Assembly (NCBI GenBank): GCA_965226885.1 | Contig: CBDDEL010000014.1 | Coordinates: forward strand, 448,001-512,000 | Direction: 5' to 3' | From: Opitutales bacterium | GTDB taxonomy: Bacteria; Verrucomicrobiota; Verrucomicrobiia; Opitutales; UBA2987 | DNA length: 64,000 bases | Shown here: positions 21,054 through 31,980 of the stretch, piece by piece | Numbering within the stretch: the stretch's first letter is position 1 | Layout: each line of letters begins with the position of its first letter | Notes under the pieces: generated by a model | What the model was told of the DNA's origin: nothing | Database searches by the model: none | Seen by the model: only the letters and a program-made list of their open reading frames with translations | Program-made: the position numbers and the translations under genes

Positions 21054-22574
21054 GAGGCTGTCCCAAAAGGGTGATTTTTGCGAGGGCTTTTGATAGGCGC
21101 TCATTTTAGAGGTATTTGCATTTGGGAGAGTATCAACTTTGGGGAGAGTATCAACTTTGCTCTCCTATGACGTTAGGATACTGGTTTTGGGGTCCGGTTG
21201 CCTGGTTTTCTTTGTATGAGCCGACAGTAAGGCTGTGAAAAAGTATTGTCCTTGCTTTTCCGCTCTCTAGGCCGCCGCTTTGGTTTTTAGTTCGTCTTGC
21301 TGGGCCAGCATCTTGGCTACTTTCCATAGGTTGTGCGAGAGTACCGACCAGGCTACGCTGATCGAGCGGTTGGCAAAGCCTTTGCTGCGCAACCGCCCGG
21401 CCTGCCAGCGATTCTTCAATACCCCGATCCGCCCTTCGGTGCTGGCCCGGCGCTTTTGCAATTGTCTGAACAGTGGTTCCTCCATCCGTTTTTTCAACTG
21501 CTTCGGATCGCGTGGACAGAGCGCGTCGTAGATTCCCTCCTGGGCTAACTGCCGGCGGGCCCGCTGGGAGGCAAATCCCCGGTCCGCGCACATGGCCGCT
21601 ATGGGTTCTTCCAGGTTGAAGCGGTTCTGTCTTTGCAAACTCTCTTGCATTTGTTCATTTTCGCTTGGAGTTCGGCTGCCGTAGAGTTTCCAGTCCAGCA
21701 GGTACCCTTCAACGCTTTCTCCCAAAAACAGGGTGTTGCCGAACTCGACCTCTTGGCCCGCTTTACCTCGCACAATCACCTGCCCATCGAGTTCGTAAAC
21801 ACTCAAGACTTTCTCTGCGTTTTTCACCTGGCGGCCGCCAATGATCCGCTCGTGCGCCTGTTTGATGACCACCGGGATTTGCTCGCTCATGCGCTCCATC
21901 CGGGCGAGGATCTGTTGGACCTGTTTTTCGCTGTAATCGCTTTGCTCCCAGCAGGCTTGCAATAATTCCCGGTGACTGCGGGCATGCTCCCCGATCCGTT
22001 TGAGCAGCTTTTTCATCTGCCTCAAGATACCCTTGCGCTGCCGCGCGCTGTCCTTTCGCCGCCGGCTGTGGGTCATCTGTATGCACAGCCGATTCATCTG
22101 CCGAGCCAAGGGCTCCGGTTCGATCGGCATGCGATGGAGCAAACCGGCCTTCTCGCGGATCAGCCGGATCGCTTTGAGCAACGTGCCGGCTACATCCTTG
22201 AGTAATACCCAGTCCGTCGGCCAATGAATGTTAGCCTCCAAACAGGTGCCGTCGATCAGGCAAATGGTGGTGTCAATCGGCTTGTCCAATCCCACCTGCC
22301 GGGCCAGAAGGGCATCGCCCACCACCTCAGTCAAGGTCCGGTGCAAGGCCCTCAACTGCTCTTCGCTGAAAAACTTCGAGGCCCGCTCCAGGGTGCTTTT
22401 GGAGATGCCCCTGATGCCATCGATCTGCCGGACACGGCAAAAGTCGGCCAACAGATCGCTGCTGCCCAGAGCCCGCGACAAATGCCGAAACGAAATCCCT
22501 CCGAGCAGACGGCCCAGCGTATCCATGCGCAGTGCCTTGATGGCAAAACTGGCCCGCTGCCGCCGGGCCTTTAG
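21054..22574 (-). mobile_element. IS5/ISNCY-like element copy 1, 5' end lost at an IS1380 insertion
   Basis: Begins at IR GAGGCTGTCCCAAAA. Transposase 21267-22574 matches the other copies but stops at TTAG|IS1380. Confidence 0.9.
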
Positions 22575-25513
22575 CCCGGATATTTCGTAAAAAAAGTATC
22601 GTTGATATGCTTAACTGCTGATATACAGCAGGATAGATCAATAATTAAAGCAATATCAGCGATGACAAAAGGTAAACAATTAAAGCTACAGTTGACAAGG
22701 GTAAAAGGCCGCCGTGTGCGGGTTGATTTCAAGGGCGGAGAGGTTACTTCGGATGCCGGACTGCTTTTGATCCGGGAAGTGGATCGGCAGTTGGGCTTGA
22801 CCGAACGAGCGGCCCGACAGTTAGTGGACAAACGGCAGAAGGGCAAAGTACGCCATGAGGTATTGGGGATGCTGCGGCAGCGCGTTTACGGGCTGGTGGC
22901 GGGCTATGAGGATTTGAACGACTTTGATACCCTGCGCCACGATCCATTGTTGCAAACGGTAACGGGGCGCATTGAAACGTTGGCCAGCGCGCCGACTTTG
23001 TGTCGTTTTGAAAACGGGCAGGATCGGCGGGCGGCCTTTGCGGTAAACGAGCTGTTGGTCGAACAGTTCATGGGCTCCTTTGCCGAGGAACCCGAAGAGA
23101 TCATCCTGGACTTTGACGCCACCGACAATCCGGTGCACGGGCTCCAGGAGGGACGTTTTTTCCACGGTTATTATGATCATTACTGTTTTCTGCCGCTATA
23201 TGTTTTTTGCGGTGATCAGCTGCTGGTGGCCTACCTGCGGCCGAGCAAGATCGATGCCAGCAAGCATGCCGGGGCCATCCTCAAATTGCTGGTTAAACGG
23301 ATTCGCCAAAGCTGGCCCCGTACGCGGATTATTTGGCGCGCCGACAGTGGATTTTGTCGAGACCGGATACTCTCTTGGTGCGACCGCAACGAAGTTAGTT
23401 ACATCGTGGGGATGGCTCGCAATGCACGCTTGCAGCAAGACGCCCAGCAGTTGCAAAAGCAGGCCAAGGAATGGTTCGAACTAAGGGGTAAAAAACAACG
23501 GTTATTCCAGGACTTCGTCTATGCTGCCGATTCGTGGCGATGGCTGCGGTTGGTCATCCATAAAGCCGAACACACCGCACAGGGGTCCAACCCGCGCTTC
23601 GTGGTGACGAACCTGCCGGGCGATCCCCAGGAGCTTTACGACAAGGTATACTGTGGCCGCGGTGAAATGGAGAACCGAATCAAGGAACAGATGCAATTGT
23701 TCAGCGAGCGCACCAGCGCCCATCAATGGTGGGCCAATCAGTGGCGATTGCTCTTGTCGGCGCTGGCCTACACCTTGATGGAAGCCATGCGCCGGTTAGC
23801 CCGGATATTTCATGAAGGGTAAAGTTTGGCTCGTTATTGCTATTAGAGATGGATTTCTTTGTATTTTGAGCAGATCGTCTTGATTTTTAGGTGTTTTTCA
23901 GGGTGTAGAGACACTGCCCCCTTTCCCCCCATTGGTTCGGTAGTGCCGGGGGCAGCACCAATGCACCCTTTAGGTTGGCACCAATCGGCGGGCCGCATGG
24001 TTGAAAAGACTGGCCCAAGGATAACTCTCACTTAGGTGAAAGTGAATCGTTCGGGTGTTGCGCACGATGACCGCTCCGATCTTGATTAATTTGAGCCGCA
24101 GGGTGTGGCATTGGGCCCGCGCCCACTTCGTCCCTTTTAAGGCTAACCGGCGCATGGCTTCCATCAAGGTGTAGGCCAGCGCCGACAAGAGCAATCGCCA
24201 CTGATTGGCCCACCATTGATGGGCGCTGGTGCGCTCGCTGAACAATTGCATCTGTTCCTTGATTTGGTTCTCCATTTCACCGCGGCCACAGTATACCTTG
24301 TCGTAAAGCTCCTGGGGATCGCCCGGCAGGTTCGTCACCACGAAGCGCGGGTTGGACCCCTGTGCGGTGTGTTCGGCTTTATGGATGACCAACCGCAGCC
24401 ATCGCCACGAATCGGCAGCATAGACGAAGTCCTGGAATAACCGTTGTTTTTTACCCCTTAGTTCGAACCATTCTTTGGCCTGCTTTTGCAACTGCTGGGC
24501 GTCTTGCTGCAAGCGTGCATTGCGAGCCATCCCCACGATGTAACTAACTTCGTTGCGGTCGCACCAAGAGAGTATCCGGTCTCGACAAAATCCACTGTCG
24601 GCGCGCCAAATAATCCGCGTACGGGGCCAGCTTTGGCGAATCCGTTTAACCAGCAATTTGAGGATGGCCCCGGCATGCTTGCTGGCATCGATCTTGCTCG
24701 GCCGCAGGTAGGCCACCAGCAGCTGATCACCGCAAAAAACATATAGCGGCAGAAAACAGTAATGATCATAATAACCGTGGAAAAAACGTCCCTCCTGGAG
24801 CCCGTGCACCGGATTGTCGGTGGCGTCAAAGTCCAGGATGATCTCTTCGGGTTCCTCGGCAAAGGAGCCCATGAACTGTTCGACCAACAGCTCGTTTACC
24901 GCAAAGGCCGCCCGCCGATCCTGCCCGTTTTCAAAACGACACAAAGTCGGCGCGCTGGCCAACGTTTCAATGCGCCCCGTTACCGTTTGCAACAATGGAT
25001 CGTGGCGCAGGGTATCAAAGTCGTTCAAATCCTCATAGCCCGCCACCAGCCCGTAAACGCGCTGCCGCAGCATCCCCAAGACCTCATGGCGTACTTTGCC
25101 CTTCTGCCGTTTGTCCACTAACTGTCGGGCCGCTCGTTCGGTCAAGCCCAACTGCCGATCCACTTCCCGGATCAAAAGCAGTCCGGCATCCGAAGTAACC
25201 TCTCCGCCCTTGAAATCAACCCGCACACGGCGGCCTTTTACCCTTGTCAACTGTAGCTTTAATTATTGATCTATCCTGCTGTATATCAGCAGTTAAGCAT
25301 ATCAACGATACTTTTTTTACGAAATATCCGGGCTAAAGGGTGCATTGGTGCTGCCCCCGGCACTACCGAACCAATGGGGGAAAGGGGGCAGTTTCTCTAC
25401 ACCCTGAAAAACACCTAAAAATCAAGACGATCTGCTCAAAATACAAAGAAATCCATCTCCATCTCCAATAGCAATAACACGAGCCAAACTTTACCCTTCA
25501 TGAAATATCCGGG
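22575..25513 (+). mobile_element. IS1380 copy B, interrupted by copy C (B = 22575-23799 plus 25333-25513)
   Basis: IRs at 22575 and 25513. Transposase from 22662 is truncated at 23799. Flanks TTAG and CTAA do not match. Confidence 0.9.
23800..25332 (-). mobile_element. IS1380 copy C, inverted inside copy B, transposase start deleted
   Basis: IRs at 23800 and 25332. A 35-bp deletion between GCTTTAATT repeats removes the ATG present in the other copies. Confidence 0.9.
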
Positions 25514-25672
25514 CTAAATCTACGTAAATCTGCATGCCCTACATGCTAAACATGCTCTGTAAGGCATAATAGGGGAAAGGAGGATATGTTATAAGGACCC
25601 AAATAGCATTCAAAGCATGCAAGCATGCATTTCAGTATTGAGATGCAAACTCCCATCCTCGCACCTAAAAAA

Positions 25673-26049
25673 ATGAAGAAACGAAAATTTAAACCCGAAA
25701 CAGTCGCCGAAGCCATCAATGATGCTGGCGGGATTCTCATAAACGCGGCTCGAACACTCCGATGTAATCGCCGCACAGTATACGATTACTCGATTACTGC
25801 CTGAATTTTAAAGTTTGCGCAAAGGCACGTGAGGAAGCCGAGGCTTCCACGACAGATTTGGCCGAGTCGAAATTGATCGAGCAAATCAAAGAGGGAAATA
25901 TGACTGCGATCATCTTCTACCTTAAAACAAAGGCAAAAGCCCGCGGCTATGTAGAGCGACTCGAACAGACGGGTGCCGGCGGCAGACCTTTGGACGTAGG
26001 AACGAAAGTTTTGGCTCTGCCCATAATCAATATAGGAGATACGGAGTGA
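25673..26049 (+). pseudogene. Phage terminase small subunit-like protein, frameshifted by an 8-bp duplication
   Basis: HTH-like GILINAARTLRCNRRTVYDY, then AESKL...AIIFYLKTKAK.RGY; overlaps the terL start. Removing one CGATTACT joins the frames. Confidence 0.75.
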
Positions 26050-26462
26050 TCGGTGTTGCTCAGAGCGAAGATCACTTTTGGGAGCCGAATCCGGGACCGC
26101 AGACGGCGTTTTTGAGCGCTGGACAGAGGGAGGTCCTATACGGTGGAGCTAATGGTGGTGGTAAATCCGATGCACTCCTCGCTGCCGCCACTCGATACGT
26201 CGGTGAACCGGATCATACAGCTATCATATTCCGGCGAACCTATCCGGAATTAGGGGAGTTAATAAAACGGAGCTGGGACCTCTATCCGCTGCTCGGAGGC
26301 CGCTACAATAAGACTGAGAAGAAATGGCAATTCCCTTCTAGAGCGATTGTCATGTTCGGGAATCTTTCCTCTTTCAGCGACGCTCTCAAATATCATGGCT
26401 GGCAATTTATTAATCCGGCAAATAAATAGTGATATATCAATAACTTATGCTAAAGTAGGTTC

Positions 26463-29068
26463 ATGAATAGGAATGATGCGCCTTCACTAAGCGAAGAGAC
26501 TATATATGAGCTGAGGTGTCGGGCGGTGGATCTGAAAAGAGAGGGTTGCACTTATGAAGAGGTTTCCGTGGTTTTAAAGGTATCGATCAGCGCTGTGCGC
26601 AAATGGTGGGCCCTTTACCGAAATGGAGGGCCAAAAGCCCTGCGGCTTGGACAACGGGGCCGTCGGCAGGGCCAATGTCGAAGATTGAGCTCCCAACAAG
26701 AGCGCATGGTGTGCCGAATGATTACCGATAAGAGACCCGACCAGCTTAACCCGGATATTTCATGAAGGGTAAAGTTTGGCTCGTTATTGCTATTGGAGAT
26801 GGATTTCTTTGTATTTTGAGCAGATCGTCTTGATTTTTAGGTGTTTTTCAGGGTGTAGAGACACTGCCCCCTTTCCCCCATTGGTTCGGTAGTGCCGGGG
26901 GCAGCACCAATGCACCCTTTAGGTTGGCACCAATCGGCGGGCCGCATGGTTGAAAAGACTGGCCCAAGGATAACTCTCACTTAGGTGAAAGTGAATCGTT
27001 CGGGTGTTGCGCACGATGACCGCTCCGATCTTGATTAATTTGAGCCGCAGGGTGTGGCATTGGGCCCGCGCCCACTTCGTCCCTTTTAAGGCTAACCGGC
27101 GCATGGCTTCCATCAAGGTGTAGGCCAGCGCCGACAAGAGCAATCGCCACTGATTGGCCCACCATTGATGGGCGCTGGTGCGCTCGCTGAACAATTGCAT
27201 CTGTTCCTTGATTCGGTTCTCCATTTCACCGCGGCCACAGTATACCTTGTCGTAAAGCTCCTGGGGATCACCCGGCAGGTTCGTCACCACGAAGCGCGGG
27301 TTGGACCCCTGTGCGGTGTGTTCGGCTTTATGGATGACCAACCGCAGCCATCGCCACGAATCGGCAGCATAGACGAAGTCCTGGAATAACCGTTGTTTTT
27401 TACCCCTTAGTTCGAACCATTCTTTGGCCTGCTTTTGCAACTGCTGGGCGTCTTGCTGCAAGCGTGCATTGCGAGCCATCCCCACGATGTAACTAACTTC
27501 GTTGCGGTCGCACCAAGAGAGTATCCGGTCTCGACAAAATCCACTGTCGGCGCGCCAAATAATCCGCGTACGGGGCCAGCTTTGGCGAATCCGTTTAACC
27601 AGCAATTTGAGGATGGCCCCGGCATGCTTGCTGGCATCGATCTTGCTCGGCCGCAGGTAGGCCACCAGCAGCTGATCACCGCAAAAAACATATAGCGGCA
27701 GAAAACAGTAATGATCATAATAACCGTGGAAAAAACGTCCCTCCTGGAGCCCGTGCACCGGATTGTCGGTGGCGTCAAAGTCCAGGATGATCTCTTCGGG
27801 TTCCTCGGCAAAGGAGCCCATGAACTGTTCGACCAACAGCTCGTTTACCGCAAAGGCCGCCCGCCGATCCTGCCCGTTTTCAAAACGACACAAAGTCGGC
27901 GCGCTGGCCAACGTTTCAATGCGCCCCGTTACCGTTTGCAACAATGGATCGTGGCGCAGGGTATCAAAGTCGTTCAAATCCTCATAGCCCGCCACCAGCC
28001 CGTAAACGCGCTGCCGCAGCATCCCCAATACCTCATGGCGTACTTTGCCCTTCTGCCGTTTGTCCACTAACTGTCGGGCCGCTCGTTCGGTCAAGCCCAA
28101 CTGCCGATCCACTTCCCGGATCAAAAGCAGTCCGGCATCCGAAGTAACCTCTCCGCCCTTGAAATCAACCCGCACACGGCGGCCTTTTACCCTTGTCAAC
28201 TGTAGCTTTAATTGTTTACCTTTTGTCATCGCTGATATTGCTTTAATTATTGATCTATCCTGCTGTATATCAGCAGTTAAGCATATCAACGATACTTTTT
28301 TTACGAAATATCCGGGTTAAGATGCCCTTTGCCCTGTGGACGCGCCAAGCGGTGCAAGAGTTGATTGAAAGGCAGTTTGCTTTGAAGATGCCGATCCGCA
28401 CGGTGGGCGAGTATCTTCGCCGTTGGGGTTTCACTCCACAAAAACCTCGAAGACAAGCCTATGAGCAGCAGCCTGAGGCGATTAAGAAGTGGCTTGATCA
28501 AACTTACCCGGCCATCGAAGCCAGAGCCAAAGCGCAACAGGCCCAAATCCACTGGGGAGATGAAACCGGCATCAGTAGCGAAGATCATCGGGGAAGAGGT
28601 TATGCTCCGCGCGGTAAAACGCCAGTTGCCAAACGCAGTGCGCGTCGTTTTAGCACGAGCATGATCTCGACTATAACCAACCGTGGAAAGCTGCGTTTCA
28701 TGGTTTACAAGGGAGCCTTGAATGTGGAACTGTTTATCAAATTTCTGCGCCAGTTAATCAAAGGAGCCAAACGGAAAATCTTTCTCATTGTGGACAATCT
28801 GAGAGTGCATCATGCTAAAAAAGTAACCGGTTGGATTGAAGCCCACCGCGATAGGATCGGGATTTTTTATCTACCATCTTACAGTCCCGAATTGAACCCC
28901 GATGAGTATTTGAATAACACGGTCAAAGCCAACTTGAAGAACCTGCCGGCCCCGCGCAGCCAAATTGAGTTGCAGGGAAGTCTGCGAACCCACCTGCGCA
29001 GCAGGCAACGAAAACCAATTTTGATTAAAAAACTCTTCCATCATCGGGATGTTCAATACGCCGCTTAA
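26463..29068 (+). pseudogene. IS630 transposase split by IS1380
   Basis: HTH N-part ends RPDQL and resumes KMPFALW. DDE motifs WGDETG, IVDNL and YSPELNPDE. Confidence 0.9.
26750..28316 (-). mobile_element. IS1380 copy D (complete; transposase 26919-28229)
   Basis: IRs present; TSD TTAA (26746-49 and 28317-20). Confidence 0.95.
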
Positions 29069-30087
29069 CTGTTACTATTCAATTGCCGGATTAATAGTTT
29101 CCTCGGGTTTGATGAGCTTACTCACTGGCCGAGCGATGAGGAATATGTCTATTTGATGTCCCGATTGCGTCGAAAGGCAAATTCGAATATCCGCCTGATG
29201 ATTCGGGCAACCTGCAACCCTTCTGGTCCCGGCCACCATTGGGTAAAGACCCGATTCAATATCTCAAATGACGGCAAGGAAACCGTCGTAGAAGACCCGC
29301 AGACGGGCCTACACCGGGCGTTCCTCCCGGCTCGAATACAAGATAATCCCCATCTCGCCGGAACCGAGTATGAGCGCACCCTTGACGCCTTGCCTGAGCA
29401 ACGACGCAAAGCCCTCAAAGATGGGCGCTGGGACGTCTTCGCCGGGGCCATGTTCCCGGAATGGGATCCCACGCGTCACATCATTGAACCTTTTGAAATA
29501 CCCGGCGATTGGAAAAGATGGCGCGGAGCCGATCAGGGCTTTGTGTCGCCCTCTGCCTGCTATTGGTTAGCAAAGAATCAGGATGGACAGGTAATCGTCT
29601 ATCAGGAACTCTACCGCACCGGCATGACGGGTCGTGTGTTCGGTGGTGAGGTGTTGAAACGGGACAAAGAGCAAAATCCCTTTGAGAAGCGCCTATCGGG
29701 CTACCTTGATACCAATGCCTTCGCAGATTTAGGAATGGGAACACCGATCGGTCAACTCATGAACCAGATGGGTTGTAGGTGGAGACCCGTTACGAAAGGC
29801 CCCGGGAGTCGTGTAGCCCGTGTAAACATGCTTCACGAGTATCTCGCGCCCATGAAAGGCTTTCCGGACAAGCCGGGATTGCTCTTCTTTAATACCTGCA
29901 CAAATCTGGTTCGAACACTGCCTGCACTGCCGAGGAGTCATCATAACCCGGAGGATGTCGACACCGAAGCAGAGGATCACGCGTTTGACGGACTTACCTA
30001 CGGTCTCTGTTACCGGCCTCGAACAGGAAAGGTGACTCATTTTCTTCTTTGAAACTGGTTGCTCCTGTGCGATCATCACAAACTCAG

Positions 30088-30190
30088 TGTCCGTAAAACA
30101 GTAGTTTTTCAGACATTTCTATTGACACCTGCAATCCCTTTGTTTATGCGGTGTCTCAGTCCACTAAAACAGGGGATGATTTATAGACAC
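30088..30190. promoter_or_regulatory. Possible res site of the serine recombinase
   Basis: Imperfect dyads TGTCCGTAAAAC..GTTTTTCAGACA and AGTCCACTAAAAC..GATTTATAGACAC immediately upstream of the resolvase gene. Confidence 0.35.
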
Positions 30191-30191
30191 C

Positions 30192-30779
30192 ATGAAATCG
30201 AAGAATATAGCCATTTATTTGAGGGTCTCGACCGGAGGCCAGAATACGGACAGTCAGGCAAAAGTCATTAAGGAATATTGCAAAAGGCGCGGTTGGAAGG
30301 ACGTGCAATCCTATGAGGACAAGATCAGCGGTGCCAAACATACACGGCCAGCCCTTGACCGGATGCTTAAAGACGTGCGAAAGGGCGGGATCGATGCTGT
30401 AGTGGTTTACAAATTGGATCGCTTGGGCCGGTCGCTCACACAGCTCGCCTTAATCATCGAGGAATTAACCAGTCGCGGGGTAGCCCTGATTTGCACTTCC
30501 CAGGGGATCGATACGAGCGAGAGCAACCCGGCGGGAAAGCTTCAAATGAGCGTTCTCATGGCTGTGGCGGAGTTCGAGCGGGAAATCATTCAGGAGCGCG
30601 TCAGGGATGGCCTGAGTGCAGCCAGAGCCAGGGGAGTCAAGCTCGGCAGGCCCGGTAAGCTCGCCAAACATCGCAAGAAAGTCATGGCTTTGCGTAAAAA
30701 GGGGAAAAGCATCCGCGCCATAGCCTCAGAGCTACGCTTGCCAGTCTCATCGGTCGGCGATCTGGCAAAGGCTGGATAA
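30192..30779 (+). CDS. Small serine recombinase (resolvase/invertase) with C-terminal HTH
   Basis: YLRVST, DKISG, RPAL, KLDRLGRS, AEFERE and G.KLGRP motifs. Confidence 0.93.
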   Translation: MKSKNIAIYLRVSTGGQNTDSQAKVIKEYCKRRGWKDVQSYEDKISGAKHTRPALDRMLKDVRKGGIDAVVVYKLDRLGRSLTQLALIIEELTSRGVALICTSQGIDTSESNPAGKLQMSVLMAVAEFEREIIQERVRDGLSAARARGVKLGRPGKLAKHRKKVMALRKKGKSIRAIASELRLPVSSVGDLAKAG

Positions 30780-30798
30780 ACTAAGGATTTGATGAGCT

Positions 30799-31068
30799 AT
30801 GAGTAATCCAAAGTTATGGATGGCAATACAAAGCTGGGACGACGCTAGTGTTTATTTGTTAGCAATTGACAAAAAGGCTGACCTGATTGATCGATATATT
30901 GCCGGAAGAGAGATAGAAAAGCGGCAAAAGAGTACTCTCTTATCGCAATCTCGGCGTCAAGAGTTGAAAGAATATACTCTACCGCAATTAGAATTTGATC
31001 TAAAATATATAGAGAATATCAGCCAAGAAGACCTGATCGGACCCCATTTTTGCTACCACTTTAAGTGA
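30799..31068 (+). CDS. Hypothetical protein
   Basis: 89-aa ORF with a plausible RBS following the recombinase; no motif recognised. Confidence 0.45.
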   Translation: MSNPKLWMAIQSWDDASVYLLAIDKKADLIDRYIAGREIEKRQKSTLLSQSRRQELKEYTLPQLEFDLKYIENISQEDLIGPHFCYHFK

Positions 31069-31239
31069 GAGTATTTCCGTAGGTTTGGTATTATTGGTTT
31101 TGCAGGTTGAAAAGGTAAGTAACCGGAAACAGCACAACAGTCAATGAATTTTTGGGTTGGGGTTGAGTGGGTGATCGGACCCCTACGTCCAGATGCTGAC
31201 CTGTATTAGATTTTTGTTGCCTGGCTTGGAAAATAATCT

Positions 31240-31257
31240 TATCCAGATATCTATCTA
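31240..31257. promoter_or_regulatory. Candidate PhnF operator (autoregulatory)
   Basis: TATCCAGATATCTATCTA, a 15/18 match to the perfect palindrome at 53351, ending 12 bp before the phnF ATG. Confidence 0.5.
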
Positions 31258-31269
31258 ATAAATAATACC

Positions 31270-31980
31270 ATGCGCCCGAGCGGAGAGCCTTTATACCTGC
31301 AGATTGCGAAAATCCTGCGAGAGGAGATCGAGAATAACTACGAGCCTGGGGATCGACTTGAGCCCGAGGGTAAAATCGCAGAGCGATTCAGAGTTAACCG
31401 GCATACACTGCGTCGCTCTATCGATGAATTGGTTGAGCAGGGCAAGCTGGAGCGACGGGCGGGCGTGGGCGTTTTCGTATTCCTTCATCCTCTCAAGTAT
31501 GAGCTGCATAAAGAAACTCGACTAACAAGAAACTTGAGGCGTATGGGAGTTAAAGGTGATCGCACTTTTATCAAACGACAGTTGAAGCCTGCCTCACAAA
31601 TTGAGGCCAAGCACTTGCAGATTCCCAAAGGCAGATTAGTTACGCGGCTCGAATCACTGGTTTACGCTGATAAAATTCCTTTTTGCATCAGCACTCATTG
31701 CTTCACTCACAAATCGCACAAAGAGATTTATTCTCTTTTCAAAACCGGTTCCATGCACGAATTCATCAAGAATAAATACAATATCAGGCTAAGGCGGAAG
31801 AGCAGCATGATCAGCGCTTTATTGGCTACCAGTGAAGACGCAGCACTTCTGCGCATCCCATTGAATCGGCCCATTTTACTGGTACAGACCGTCAACGTCG
31901 ATGTGGAATCGAAAAAGCCGTTGGAATACGTGATCAGTCGTTATCGCGCGGATCGGGTAGATTTGATCGTTAATTTTTAG
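31270..31980 (+). CDS. phnF: Phosphonate metabolism regulator (GntR/HutC, UTRA domain)
   Basis: LYLQIA...PGDRLEPE...RFRVNRHTLRR.IDEL HTH; LRRKSSMISA and SRYRADRV in the UTRA domain; adjacent to phnM. Confidence 0.85.
   Translation: MRPSGEPLYLQIAKILREEIENNYEPGDRLEPEGKIAERFRVNRHTLRRSIDELVEQGKLERRAGVGVFVFLHPLKYELHKETRLTRNLRRMGVKGDRTFIKRQLKPASQIEAKHLQIPKGRLVTRLESLVYADKIPFCISTHCFTHKSHKEIYSLFKTGSMHEFIKNKYNIRLRRKSSMISALLATSEDAALLRIPLNRPILLVQTVNVDVESKKPLEYVISRYRADRVDLIVNF

Larger units (their letters stand above)
26410..29094 (+). mobile_element. IS630-family element (about 1.1 kb) containing IS1380 copy D
   Basis: IRs TTAATCCGGCAAATAAATAG and CTATTCAATTGCCGGATTAA; TA duplication at 26408-09 and 29095-96. 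Confidence 0.92.
26046..30052 (+). pseudogene. Phage terminase large subunit interrupted by IS630 (26046-26409 plus 29097-30052)
   Basis: Walker A YGGANGGGKS; Walker B QF|SFLGFDELTHW across the junction; ATCNPSG.GH.WVK; C-terminal nuclease DHAFDG. Confidence 0.9.

Noticed and set aside
26463..29068. Programmed frameshift in the IS630 transposase
   Set aside because: The split is fully explained by the IS1380 insertion; the halves join in frame.
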